Below, piece after piece: positions 23,590 through 35,164 of a DNA stretch of 64,000 bases (positions within the stretch are counted from its first letter, which is position 1; the number at the start of each line of letters is the position of its first letter). The DNA comes from Mantamonas sphyraenae STR306 (taxonomy: Eukaryota > Protista > CRuMs), in contig JAPMXV010000054.1 of assembly GCA_026936335.1 (NCBI GenBank), positions 368,962 to 432,961 of the forward strand, given 5' to 3'. Made by a program: the position numbers and the translations under genes. A model generated the notes under the pieces. That model saw only the letters and a list, made by a program, of their open reading frames with translations. It did no database searches and was not told the origin of the DNA.

Positions 23590-25980
23590 ATGGGGAAGCC
23601 AATGGAAAGGGAATCACAAACGGCGGTTCTTGTTCAACTTGCTCGTCCGGTGCAGGGCTTGCTCTTTCAGTACAGTGCTCACTCGACGTTTGCTCTTTCC
23701 TCCCTCTCTGTGACCGAGTATGAGCTGGAGGCCCTACCTCCCTCCAGCATCAGTGTGTACAGCGTCTCTGGAGGCAGCTCCGGCTCCTCTGCTTCTTCCT
23801 CCTCTGCCTCGACACATATCCCTCTGGAAGCACAGGAGATGATTTCTTCGGTTGTAAGGTGTTCACGCTGGTGTCATCTGGACCGTGTGGGGCCCCTTAC
23901 GGTCATCTTGGCAGAGAAAGCGACGCTGTTGGACGGGTCACAACGGACGCAACACCAAGTCGTGCTGACTCCTTCGCAGCTTCAGCAAGCCGTTCGAATG
24001 CGCTTGTTTTCATCTGTGACCGATTTGGCAGCTCTTTCCATATGTACAGCGTTCCTGGGCGTCGAACCGCCGCGTGTGGTGCCGCAGCTGCCCAGCCTCC
24101 CGATAGCAACTGAGGTGCCATCATCCCGCACGAAAGGGGGCCGGCACGAATCACACCGCGTGGCGTCTACAGCTGCTCTGATGCCAGCAGTCGAATGGGA
24201 CTTGAACGAGCACCAGGTTCACATGGGAGTGTACGAAACGCTGCTTGTTTGCTTACCCGCTGCCGCAAGCGACAAAGAAGAATCCGCACTGGCCAGTATG
24301 GCCACCCAGCTGGGCATCTCGAAGCGCAAGCGCTCAGAACTGGCCTCGGTGCTTCAGGATGTGCCGGCAGAAACGATAGGCGACGACTTTGCGTGGCGTG
24401 CAAGGGCGCTGCGCTGCCGTGCTTCCACATTGCACACCGAAGCGACTTGGACGCGGCGTCAGCTCGCTTTCTTGGGCGTGCGTGTCGACGATGAGGACCA
24501 AGAGGATGAAAACGCGCAGCAGGCTGTACAGGCGGGTCGAGAAATCGAGGCGGGTGTTGAGGCTGGCCAATGCGTCGATGAGGGCACGGTAGATGTGTAC
24601 ACAAAGGCCATGGTTGCAGTGCAACATCGGCACGTGTTTCCTTTGAACGTTGTGTCGTACCATATCCTGGTGGGCACGTGCTTCGACAGCGAGAGCGGAC
24701 AGATGACGTCTGCACACAGGGAGATCCTGCGGCTATTGGATGCGCACGTGCGCGGCCCGCTCGAGGTAGATCCTGTGACCCACGGCGCCAGTTATGCTCT
24801 GCATTTGTTCCGAGCGTTTGCGTTGACAGGCGAGGTGGAACATCTGGAACATCTGCAGTCAGATCGGCCCCACTACCCGGGGCTGGGACCCATTGTACGC
24901 CATGCGTCGGCAAACGCCGATGGATTCGCGGGGTTGGTTGTGTCCACGTGCAAGGCGGAGGTGGAGCAGTATTTGGAGTCATACCACTCGTGGTGGGACG
25001 CAGATCGGCTTGGTACTGTGCTGGACCTTCATCACGCTCTGGGAGGCGACGCTACTGACCTGGGTGATGTGTTGCAGCGTGCTGTGGCCACGCACTTTGA
25101 CAATGTCACTGCAGGGCTTCCACGTCCGTTGACAATGGCGGACGTGGACGGTTTGTGCCACACTGTGATTGGGCTGTTGGATGAGGAAGAGGCCATGGTG
25201 TCCCCCATGAGCGAGTGGCACCCGGATCCAATGGATATCGTACGGCGGATGTACGGCACAGAAATGCACAAGGAGCTGTTGGCATGCTTTCGTGCGCAAA
25301 CGGTTCTGGATCGCGACAGCGTGGCTGCTTTGGACGGATTGCAGGTGCTCTCCCGTGCAGTGGGCTCGCTCGATGTTCAAGCACTGTACGAGCCGTTGAT
25401 TCGGGCATGGGCGGATGAGCAGATCACAGCCTTTCGCGGGTATGTGCATCAGGCTGTGGAGATGGATACATTTGAACCCGATGGCAAAGCCAATGTTGCC
25501 CACAGCACGTCCATTTACGACATGATGGTGATGGCCCGCCAAGTACTCGACTTTGCGCTGGAGGTGCCGGCCGACCGGGTTCTGGAACGGGCGGCGGCTA
25601 TTGTGCGGGCGTCGTTGGGCGAGTATGCCGCGGTTACACATCACACGGCGCAGACGTGGCACGCAACGCTCGCCCCAGCGCATGGGGAACAGGATGGACG
25701 GTGGAAGAAGCTGTGGAACAAGAGGAAGCGGCGCGGGAAGGATGCGGTCGAGGAAGTCAGCCAGAACGCAGACGAAGAACTGCTTCACAGGCGGTTGAGG
25801 ACACTGGACGCCAACTGGCAGTTTGCACTGGCAAAAGCCAAGGACATGGAGCAGTCTGTGCACGAATGCCTGGACACACGCTCAGAAATGCGGCTTGGAG
25901 ACTCGACGCGTGTGCGTGCGCTGTGGGATGTGAGTATGTGGGATGTGTGGCCGGATTCGATGGACAAACATGAAGAGTGA
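23590..25980 (+). CDS. DUF810/PATROL1-like (Munc13 MUN/MHD1) tethering protein; start uncertain
   Basis: FPLNVVSYHILVGTCFD, YLESYH, YEPLIRAWADEQ...AVEMDTFEP...HSTSIYDM. Confidence 0.65.
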   Translation: MGKPMERESQTAVLVQLARPVQGLLFQYSAHSTFALSSLSVTEYELEALPPSSISVYSVSGGSSGSSASSSSASTHIPLEAQEMISSVVRCSRWCHLDRVGPLTVILAEKATLLDGSQRTQHQVVLTPSQLQQAVRMRLFSSVTDLAALSICTAFLGVEPPRVVPQLPSLPIATEVPSSRTKGGRHESHRVASTAALMPAVEWDLNEHQVHMGVYETLLVCLPAAASDKEESALASMATQLGISKRKRSELASVLQDVPAETIGDDFAWRARALRCRASTLHTEATWTRRQLAFLGVRVDDEDQEDENAQQAVQAGREIEAGVEAGQCVDEGTVDVYTKAMVAVQHRHVFPLNVVSYHILVGTCFDSESGQMTSAHREILRLLDAHVRGPLEVDPVTHGASYALHLFRAFALTGEVEHLEHLQSDRPHYPGLGPIVRHASANADGFAGLVVSTCKAEVEQYLESYHSWWDADRLGTVLDLHHALGGDATDLGDVLQRAVATHFDNVTAGLPRPLTMADVDGLCHTVIGLLDEEEAMVSPMSEWHPDPMDIVRRMYGTEMHKELLACFRAQTVLDRDSVAALDGLQVLSRAVGSLDVQALYEPLIRAWADEQITAFRGYVHQAVEMDTFEPDGKANVAHSTSIYDMMVMARQVLDFALEVPADRVLERAAAIVRASLGEYAAVTHHTAQTWHATLAPAHGEQDGRWKKLWNKRKRRGKDAVEEVSQNADEELLHRRLRTLDANWQFALAKAKDMEQSVHECLDTRSEMRLGDSTRVRALWDVSMWDVWPDSMDKHEE

Positions 25981-26007
25981 AGCGTTTATGTGCGGTTTTG
26001 CATTGGC

Positions 26008-27767
26008 TCAGAGGCCAGTGTTGCGTGTTTGGCCGACATTGTCTGGCGTGTCGAGATCCTTGAGGAGCTCGTGGCAATCGAGGCCATCTTTGCACTTGAG
26101 GGATTCGTAGAGACTCTGACCGGTTGCGCGGAGGGCTTCGCGGGACTCGATGCGCTCGTTGAAGAGATTGAGGATGGGGAGGGATTGTGCAGCAGGCGCA
26201 GGACGCTGCTCGTTGTAGAAGCGTGCGAGATAGTTTCGAGGCGCCAGTGGGACAGTGTATCTGTCCTTTGGGTGTTCAGTGTCGTTTTCCTTGATATGAG
26301 TGCCCACCTCCATGTGGTTGGTGCTGAAGGACGTCTCGTTGGGAAAGTTGGGGTAGAGCATGTACCAGCCCCGCAGGTACATGATCTCGATGAGGTGTTT
26401 GACCCACGATTCGGTCCATCCGTTGCACTGGCAATTCTCGATGAACACGTCTGTGATCTTGCTGCGCCGCCACATGAACTTGCGGAACATGCGCCAGTGT
26501 TCGGGAAAGTAGACGGCGCCCCAGGAGCAGGGCATCTGGAGGAGGTAGGGCACGGGGCCCATGTCTGCAAACTCCTTGTATGGGTGATACACAAACTTGG
26601 GGTACAGCGTCTCCACCTCTCTGCGAGCGGGGAGGCGGAATTGCGTGTGTGAGGAGGTGTGTGTCAAAAGGACAAAGTCTCACACACAAGGTTTCCTACC
26701 TGGGCGTGTACAAGCTGATGCCTGTGGAGTGTGAGAGCAAACGCAGTACAGTGCGTGCATGTGGCATGGGGAGGTGGCAAGCGTATGGGGTGGGGGGGGC
26801 AATGCGTGAGCGTTCAAAGACAGGAAGGTACGACGCTGGCCAACCGTTTCGGCCCTCAAACAACCGCCGGCGCCCTCTTCGGGCAATGACCGCTTGCACA
26901 CTTACCAATGATGTTTGGATCGCGGTTTGCTTTGCTTCCGTAGCGATAGGTATTGATTGTCCACAACACCCAGTGGTACCTGGAAGGGCGAAGTGGGTGA
27001 GAAGCACGGCGCGCGTGTGAGTGTGGGAGTGACCTGATGACGATCCGGCCGTGGGAGGCAACACAACGGGCCGTACCAGTCTGGAGCCACTTCAATGTCA
27101 TCCTCTGCAAACATGACATAGTCGTCATCGTGGGCAGGATACCTGTGAGTCATGTGATAGACATGAGCAGTGGCCTGTGTGTGAGCACAATGGGGCTGCA
27201 AGAACGAGTGGCTGGACCCCGAGGCCCCAGCTGTCAAGAAAACCCACCAGCTCTCTAGGATGGAGATCTCCAGGCCGCCCTTGCGGTGTCGCAGGCGCAC
27301 AGCCTTTTGACCGTGAGGCCATTGAAAGGCGTCGACAAAGTCCACCGTCTCCTTTGTGGCTCCGCTCTCGACGTGGAAGTGCAGATTGACGCGGTTGCCC
27401 ATGTAGTCCGCCTCCAACAGCGACTGGCAAAGCCGCGCCAGCGACTTGTGCCTGTTGTATGTCACCACGTTGATGGTCATGGAAAAGTTGGAGGGCACAT
27501 GAGTGAACTGCATGGGGTGTTGGGTGTGTTTGTGTGTGGTTTTGGTGCTTGTCAGTGGATCTGCGGTTCGCAAGCAGCGCATGCCCGGTTGCCGAGTCTT
27601 ACCTGTGACGCCTGTCCGACACTCCTCGAGTGTGTCCATTCATCATTGATGCGAGTTTGCAGTGCAAAGAAGCCCATTGCAGCAACCACGGCCAACAGGA
27701 GCACCAGCAGCTTGCTCTCGGACGACAAACCGCGTGGACCGGGGCGTCCGTCGGGTTTTCGAATCAT
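26008..27767 (-). CDS. Type II membrane GT-A fold glycosyltransferase, multi-exon
   Basis: N-terminal TM; VVTYNRHKSLARLCQSL, FQWPHGQK, ESW|YP...FAEDDIEV (DxD), YLLQMPCSWGAVYFPEHW. Confidence 0.8.
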
Positions 27768-27842
27768 CGGCTTTGGCCACCCTGCGCAAGTTTGCTGTCA
27801 CGTCAATCATTGCATTTCATTGCACTGGTGGTCTCTCTCACA

Positions 27843-30800
27843 CTACATTTCGTCCACACCGACAATGCACAGGTGGCCCTGAAGCAAATCCAGCCCCTCG
27901 GGGAGACCCTGGACAAGGTTGTCTTCCAGATCGACAAACATCCGGCGGCCATTGAGTGGCATCTGTGCAAGCAGATCCACAGACCCAGCGGCTGCCTTTT
28001 GCTCCTCTTCTTCGTCAATAAATGCGGCAGTTTGGCGTCGTTTGCGTAGAGCTGCCTCTTGGACGGCCTGCATCTCGCGCAAGACTTGCAGCTTGTCCTG
28101 GTCCACGAGGATATCCTTGGCCAGATCGACCAGCGCTTCTGCGCCACGCTCGCTGATGCGGTTGTGGCCCAGATGCAGCTCCTGAATGGTCGGATGTCCT
28201 TGGAGGGCGACCGCAAGTTGAGCGCAGCCCGTGCTGCGGATTTCCTGGCGCTCCAGAAAGAGACGCTGCAACGAGACGTTGTTGGCCAGACCCATGGCAA
28301 AGGCACTGGTGCCTCGGTTGGCAAGTCGCTCTCCGCGGGAGCCCAGGGGACCGTTGAGGCGTAGTTCGACGAGGGAAGTGCACTTGGCCACGGCCACCGC
28401 CAAGGCCTCGCCACACTCCTGGTTGAGCTCATTTCCTCCCAAGTCCAAGGTGTGCATGTGTGCCGCATGGCAAAGCATGGCTGCAAACTCACGGGTGCCC
28501 TCCGCCTCCAGTTCGTTGTCGCTTACGTCCAGTTCCCGCACGTTGCCGTTGTGCTGGATGCCGCGTGCAATGTGTGTGGCACCTGCACCGGACATGGCCA
28601 CGCTGGCAAGTTTCAGCATTTGCAGGGTGCTGTTTTCGCCCAGGCCTTTGCTGATTGCGTGACAGCCGATGGCACCCAGAGGATTGCGAGCAAGCTCCAG
28701 GCGTTCGAGCACGCTGTTGCTTTCCAGCATGTCCTCCAAGGCATCTGCCGTCTCCTCTGCCACTCCGCTGACTGGATCGATGTTTGCATTGAGTGCAAGC
28801 CAGAGCACAGACTTGTTCCTGCACATGGCTTGCAACAACGCCTGCATGCCCTCGTTGTCGAGAGCACACCCGCTCATGTCCAGATACCGCAGTTGGCAAT
28901 GACGTCGAGAAAGTACGTTGGCCATGGCAACTGCACCTGCTTCGCCCACTGTGTTGCGCGACAGGTCCAGAGTTTGCAGAACACACATCTCGGGGCTGTC
29001 CAGCAAGCGTTGGGCCATCAACGTCGCACAGCCGTCCAGTAGCTCGTTGTGACGCAGCACGATCGTTGCTCCTTCTCTTCCTGCCACAGAAGTGCTTTCT
29101 TGGGCCTTTGTGTCCTGGTTGCTGCTGTTGTTGGTGGACGCTGTGGCTGTGGTGGTGGACGCCTTGTCCTTTCCTCGTCGGGCGTGACGCTTGCTTTCTC
29201 GTCGCCTGGGTGACATGGTTTCAGAGCCACTGCTTGACTTTGTGCTGCTGCTACTGCTTGAGGTCTTGTCAAAGCGCGAGAAGTAGTCGTCGTCGTCGTG
29301 GTTGTGCTTTTGTTTTGCGCCGCGTGCACTGCTTGCATCGGTCCATTGCAGGTCGTCGTGGGGAGCATGGGTCCGGTGATGCTCGTAGTGGCGACGCACT
29401 TCGTCTTCCAGGACGGTGTTGACGTTGCGACCCGAAACAAAGCCCTTGTGGTGTTGAATGCGACCCCGACGTGTGCCGTGCTGCGTCCGGTACAGAGAAC
29501 TCTGGGCCTGGTGCATGGTGTCGTCTGCGTTGCGCACAGAAGCAACCATGGCAAAGTTGTTGGCCATGCGCACGCGCTCAAGCTGTTCGGCTTCCATCTC
29601 CGCCGCGGCCCGTTCGATTTCTTCGCGTTCTGACAGGGCTGCCGGACGTTCTTTGTGGTGCACCATGTCCCGCACACGCACGTAGCCACCCTTGGAATCG
29701 ACCACGTTGCCTTCGAGGTGACCCACGCGGTTTGCACTGCCTTGCACGCGTGCCAGCCTATGTGCAGGCACCTTGCGCAACAGGAAGCGCGGGATCTCAT
29801 CCATGGAGCGTTGCTTGCGCTGTTCCTCAATGTCTCTGCGTCGAGATTCGTCGCGTGAGCTTCCCAGGCGCTGCGACAGCTGAGTAGCAACCGATGCAGC
29901 CGTCATGGGCCGTGTGCCGTCGCTGGGTGTGTCGTTCTCGATGGCATCGCCGTCGTTTTGTTGGGCCTGGTCGTTTGCTTCCAGTTCCTGCTCCTTGAGC
30001 ATGGCTTCACGCAGCTCGAGGATGGTACGCCTGTGCTTTGCGCCAAGATCCATGCGCAGCGCCTTTTCTACGCTGGCAAACGCTTCCTCTGACACGACAG
30101 GCTCGAGGACAGGGCCGCCACGATCGACGATTTGGTTGCGCAGGCGCTTGGCATCGCGCTTGCGCTGCTCGCGGTCGTTGAACTGGTAGTCCTCAATGGT
30201 GCGCACCTTGAACGACTTGGCCACCGGCCGGAGTTTAGTGCTGCGGTCTGCCGCTTTGGACGATGGACGGCGAGCAGAAGCGGAGGTAGAGCTGCTTCGT
30301 GTGTCCGAGGCGGTGGAGGCAGCAGCGGCCGCGGTGGACGTGGACGTGACGTAGGCCATCTGCTCCCGGATTTGAAACAATTCGTCGACGGGTGTTTGCT
30401 GGGTGAGCTGAGCGGAGCGAAGGTGGTGGGAAGGGGCTAGGGCGGGCCGCTCGACAATGGAAAGCTCGGCGACGGTTTTGCTCATGGATCGGAGGGAGTT
30501 GACGCTGGCCACAGACAAGGAGCTCTTGTCCAACATGCGCTTGCGCCGCTTGTCCATAGTCTCGCGGAGGCGTTGGATGTGGTTGGTGGGAGTCTTGCGA
30601 ACGTGGATGGTGCCGGCAGGGTTGTATGGATCGAGAATTTGTACGCGCTTGCGCTCCTGCGCAGCAGGCACTTGGCTGGCTTCTGTGTGCGTGTTCTCCT
30701 CGTTGTCATTGAGGTCTGACGCGGCGGCGCCGCCGTTGCTATCGAGGAGGAGCACGCCGGCCTGCTTGCGCCGCTTGTTGTATGCGTCTAAGACGGCGTA

Positions 30801-32200
30801 AGACTTGATGAGCGCTGTACAAAGGTGTTCGCAGCCTTGGACTGTCAAGCCGGTGTTGTGCAGGTCGAGGTGACGAATCTGAGTGCGGAGACCAGCGGCA
30901 ATAAGGCCGGCAGCCACGGCCTCGCCGCCCTCCTCGTCCACTTGGGCGCCGGTGAGGTCGAGAAAGTGGAGGTTTGTGAGATGAGAGCAAAGGGAGAAGA
31001 GATCTGTGGCCGAGAGGGGTGTGGAGGGGGAGAGTTGGACACGGCGGACGACGGGCGCGAGCATCTTGATGGTGCGTCCCAGGGCGACGTCGTCGTCTTG
31101 GTCGTGGACAGTTGTGTTGAGGGTGCGTGTGAGATGCCACTCGATGCAGACGAGGCGGATGAGGCGGTCAGAGGCCGGGGAGACGGTACGGTCCAACAAG
31201 GATTTGGGGGAGGTGTCGATGATGTTGCGTGCCTCAAGGGCATAAACGGGAGGCACGTTGAGGGAAGAGAGGTAATGGAGACGGTTGTGTGCCTTGTGGA
31301 GAGCCCAGTGCCAAGTGTCAAGGTGCTGGGCGGCGTAAAGACGGCGCCAGCCAGCGGAGCAACTGACGTCCTTGTGCTCGATGCGCAACAGGTGTTCGGC
31401 GCGACAGAGATGATCCACATTGTCCAGCTGGGCGACGATCCTGAGGATGAGCTCGTTGGGCACGTCACCAAAGGCCGGAAGGGCTGTGTGCAGGGCGCAG
31501 GGCGCAGGGAGCGAGCAAACGGGGGACACGAGTCAGCTTTGGGCGGCCTGTGTTGCTGGAAGCGGGTATTTGAACGGATGAGGGACAGGGACAGGGGCAT
31601 GGACGGGGAGTACGTACAGTCAAAGTATTCGCAAATGGTGGCTATGCACAGGTCGACGAGGCCGGGGAGCTCGAGGTAGGCGGCGGCCATGAGGAGCTCA
31701 ACGGCAAGTTCCGGGTTGGGCTGAAAGGAGACGGAGGAGGTGAGGCGAGTGGTGCGTAGGGATTCAAGCTCGTGTGCAAGCTCGTCGAGCTTGATCTGGG
31801 CACGTCGGAAGAGGGTGCCACGGTCACTAAGGAGCTGGAGGCGGCGGACCTCGTCGTGTTGCAGCTGGTGGAGGTTTTGCACACGGTTGAGGTCTGCCTG
31901 GAGGGATTTCTTTTCGTCCTTGAGGCGCTGGACGTCGTTGAGATAGGCGGTGACCTGTTTGAGGATGTCTCCGTCGATGGAGGGGAAGTAGATCTTGCGC
32001 TCAACGGCCTCACGGAAGTAGAAACGCTGGGAGCCGAGAATCTGCGTTCCTGCAAGCATGGACTGGACGACGGAAGAGAGGGAGGCGGCCTCGATGGAGA
32101 CCTGTTCCATAGTTTCATCGTTGGCGACCATGAGGACCTGGTCGGAAGCAGATGGGACGATCTGCACCTTGACCTGGTCGCCGGGGTCCTCGGGCTCCAT
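27843..32200 (-). CDS. Skp1/Elongin-C-like domain + F-box-like motif + RNI-type LRR protein; intron 31617-31484
   Basis: AASLSSVVQSML...FREAVERKIYFPSIDGDILKQVTAYL...ELLMAAAYLELPGLVDLC; spliced in frame to LPAFGDVPNELILRIVAQL; LxxLxLxxN repeats. Confidence 0.75.
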
Positions 32201-32266
32201 GGTGGTGGATTGGTTTGGCAGTGGGAGGGCAAGGGCAGGTGAGGTGAGTGTTTGCTGGGTGAGTGT

Positions 32267-33529
32267 TTACTGAGTGCGTTCAAAGCCATCGCCGATGTAG
32301 GAGCGGCTGTAACGGTCGCCAAGGGAGGTGAGGATCTCGTAGCCGATTGTGCCAGAGGCGTCGGCAAGATCGTCGACGGTGGTGTGGGTCCCAATGAGGT
32401 CGATAGGGTCACCTACGGCAATGCCTGGGACATCGGTGACGTCGAGGGTGGTTGTGTCCATGGAAACGCGGCCAATGATGGGCACAGGCTTGTCGCCGAC
32501 GTGGGCAAAGGCCTGAGTGGGCACGGTGCCTGTGCCGATGCTGCGAAGGAAACCATCGGCATAGCCGACGGCGACGGTGGCGACGCGTGTGGGGCGTGTG
32601 GCACGGAAGGAGGCGCTGTAGCCGACAGTCTCGGGAGGCTCGACGGTGCGGAGCTGGATGACTTGTGCGCGGAGGTTGACGACGGGTTTCATGGGGTTTG
32701 GCTGCTCCTTGTTTGGACGGGAACCGTAAATGGAGATGCCTGGGCGAATGGCATCAAACATCCAGTCGTCACCGAGGAAGCAGGAGGATGAATTGGCGAG
32801 CATTGCGGCACGAGAGGGTCTGGGCAGTGCGGCTTGGACGTCTGCAAAGCGCTCCTGCTGTATGCGGTTGAGCGGGTCGTGGGGCACGTCGGCAGAGGCC
32901 ATGTGGGTCATCAGGTAGCGCATTTCAAAGTTGTCGAGACGGTGGAGCTCGCGGCGAAGGATATCAAACTCGGAGGGAGGGAGTCCGAGACGGCTCATTC
33001 CGGTGTCGACATGAACGCTGGCGGGAAGAGGTGTGTTTGCACGAGCACTGTACTCGGCCCAGCGGGAGATCTGGCCGAGGTCGTTGAGGGTGGGCATAAT
33101 GTATAGATGGTGGTAGAGGGCAGGGTCGTCAGATGGAAGGAGGCCGTTCAGAACACCGACCTCGACGTCAGGGTGGGAGTGGGTGGGCAACACGTTCCGC
33201 AGCTGAACGGCTTCGTCGAGATGAGCGACGAAAAAAGTGCGACAGCCTGCGTTGTAAAGAGCTGGGACGACGCGGCCAAGGCCACAGCCGTAGGCATCGG
33301 CCTTGACGACGGCAGTGGCAAAAGCTCCGGCTTTTTGGGCACGATCTCTGAGGAGACGCCAGTTGTCGGTGAGGGCATCGAGGTCTACGGTGAGGTGAGT
33401 GGGGCTGTTCTGGAACCAGGAGTCGTAGTGGTCTGGACGTTCGCCCGAATGGTGAGAGTAGGGGCGTGTGGTGAGGGAGAGTGTGGTGGTGGGACGCGCA
33501 GAGGTGGAGCGGAGCGAGCGAGTAAACAT
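32267..33529 (-). CDS. alr: Alanine racemase (bacterial type, PLP-dependent), intronless, with N-terminal extension
   Basis: AVVKADAYG (PLP Lys), HVDTGMSRLG, MTHMASAD, ANSS, RPGISIYG, VGY, GYADG, GRVSMD, TIGYEILT. Confidence 0.95.
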   Translation of the reverse strand: MFTRSLRSTSARPTTTLSLTTRPYSHHSGERPDHYDSWFQNSPTHLTVDLDALTDNWRLLRDRAQKAGAFATAVVKADAYGCGLGRVVPALYNAGCRTFFVAHLDEAVQLRNVLPTHSHPDVEVGVLNGLLPSDDPALYHHLYIMPTLNDLGQISRWAEYSARANTPLPASVHVDTGMSRLGLPPSEFDILRRELHRLDNFEMRYLMTHMASADVPHDPLNRIQQERFADVQAALPRPSRAAMLANSSSCFLGDDWMFDAIRPGISIYGSRPNKEQPNPMKPVVNLRAQVIQLRTVEPPETVGYSASFRATRPTRVATVAVGYADGFLRSIGTGTVPTQAFAHVGDKPVPIIGRVSMDTTTLDVTDVPGIAVGDPIDLIGTHTTVDDLADASGTIGYEILTSLGDRYSRSYIGDGFERTQ

Positions 33530-33531
33530 TC

Positions 33532-34371
33532 TCAAGGGGCAGTTTGTTCTTCAGGTTGGATGTGATGGCGCAGAAGGTCCATGGCGTGAATGTCGTTTGC
33601 ATCGGCGCCGGCGAGGTCGATGAGACGCAAGGCAGTGTCGACATGGCCACGTGAGGCGGCAACAGAGACGGGAGAGTGTCCGTCCTTGGACGCGTGGACG
33701 TCTGCACCCTGATCGACAAGGATCAGCGCGGTTTGTGTGTGTCCACGATGTACAGCACGAAGTAGCGGGGTCCAGCCATCGTCTGTGGTTGCGTTTGGAT
33801 CGGCACCGCGTTGGATGAGGAGCTGTGCAACTTCGGGCTGGTCGTAGACGGCAGCAGACATGAGAGCAGTCCATGAGTTGCTGACAGATGCGTCCACTTT
33901 GGCGCCTCGGTCGAGAAGGGCTGTGATTGTCTGGATGTGACCACCCTGGGCAGCAAGCTGGAGGGCAGTTTTGCGAGCGTTTGGTGGTGGAGCCAAGGAG
34001 GCGCCATGGTCGATGAGAGCGATGAGTGCATCTGTGTTGCCAAGTTCGGCGGCGTACATGACTGCTGTCCATCCACTTGTAGCGGCGTCGAGGTCTGCCC
34101 CGTGGTCGGCGAGGGCGGCGATGGAATCGGCATTGCCGAGCTGGGCAGCCAACATGAGGGCTGTAAGGCCATCCCTACGTTTGGCCTCGAGATAGCAACC
34201 GGCTTCCGCGAGCATGTGGACAATGTGTGGGTGCTCGACGGCGGCCATGAGGGGAGTGCCGCCCCAGAGGTCGCAGGTGTCGAGGGCAGCACCTGCATCG
34301 ATGATGTCCTGCACAGCTTCGGCGTCCCCCTCCTTGGCTGCTTCCTGAAGAATGAAGCTGTAGTCGGACAT
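33532..34371 (-). CDS. Ankyrin repeat protein
   Basis: About 7 repeats such as GGTPLMAA, GLTALMLAAQLG, WTPLLRAVHRGH. Confidence 0.88.
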   Translation of the reverse strand: MSDYSFILQEAAKEGDAEAVQDIIDAGAALDTCDLWGGTPLMAAVEHPHIVHMLAEAGCYLEAKRRDGLTALMLAAQLGNADSIAALADHGADLDAATSGWTAVMYAAELGNTDALIALIDHGASLAPPPNARKTALQLAAQGGHIQTITALLDRGAKVDASVSNSWTALMSAAVYDQPEVAQLLIQRGADPNATTDDGWTPLLRAVHRGHTQTALILVDQGADVHASKDGHSPVSVAASRGHVDTALRLIDLAGADANDIHAMDLLRHHIQPEEQTAP

Positions 34372-35164
34372 GCTCTTAGGTGCGGGGTGGAATTGGGTGG
34401 GATGGGGCATCTCGGCGATCTGTGCTAATGCAGGAACGTTGGAAAGGGAATTCGTGCCGAATTCGGAGGGTGGTGTGTGATTGGGCAAGGATGACGATGA
34501 AGGGTGGGAGAGAGAGGGGGGAAGGTGAAGAGGGGGCGGGAGAGCAAAGGGGGAGAGGGATGATGGTGCGAAGGGGTGCGATTGAAATTGGAAACTCGAT
34601 GGAGGTTGAGTTGCGAGGTGAGCAGCAAGTGTTGCACAGGTGTGGAGTTTCGGAACTGGTGGGGATGTCGGGTGGGAGCAGGATTGGTTGAGGGTGGTGC
34701 ACCGAGGAAAAAGATGGCTCTCAATGCGACAAAAAGTTGATTTCCGAGAGACAGCGATGTGGCCTTGCGAGCTGAATGACGGTGATGATGGGGAAAGGAA
34801 GTGGAGGGGAAACGCGAGAGCAAGGGGAGAGTCTGGAGATCCTGTGATGGGATGGACGGGGATGGTTGTGAAGGTGTGGCAGAGAGCGGGGCGATCCTGA
34901 CTCGGGAACGTGCTGCGACGAGGCACTGCTGTGCATGATGGTGGTGGAACGAAGCGGGAGGCAGACGAATGGATGTGATGGGCTGAGAAGCAGTGCTTGG
35001 ATGTGATTTGGAGCAGGTCCGCGGTGGAGGGAGGGATTGGCAGGAGACAGGGGAGCGGAAGCGGGTTGAAAAGCGGAAGGGTGGAAGGCGCCACCTGGGG
35101 CAAGAAGACCGAGATGACGAAAAGATCGTCGGGATTGTTTGGCGAGTTGGTGAAGGCAGTGCCA

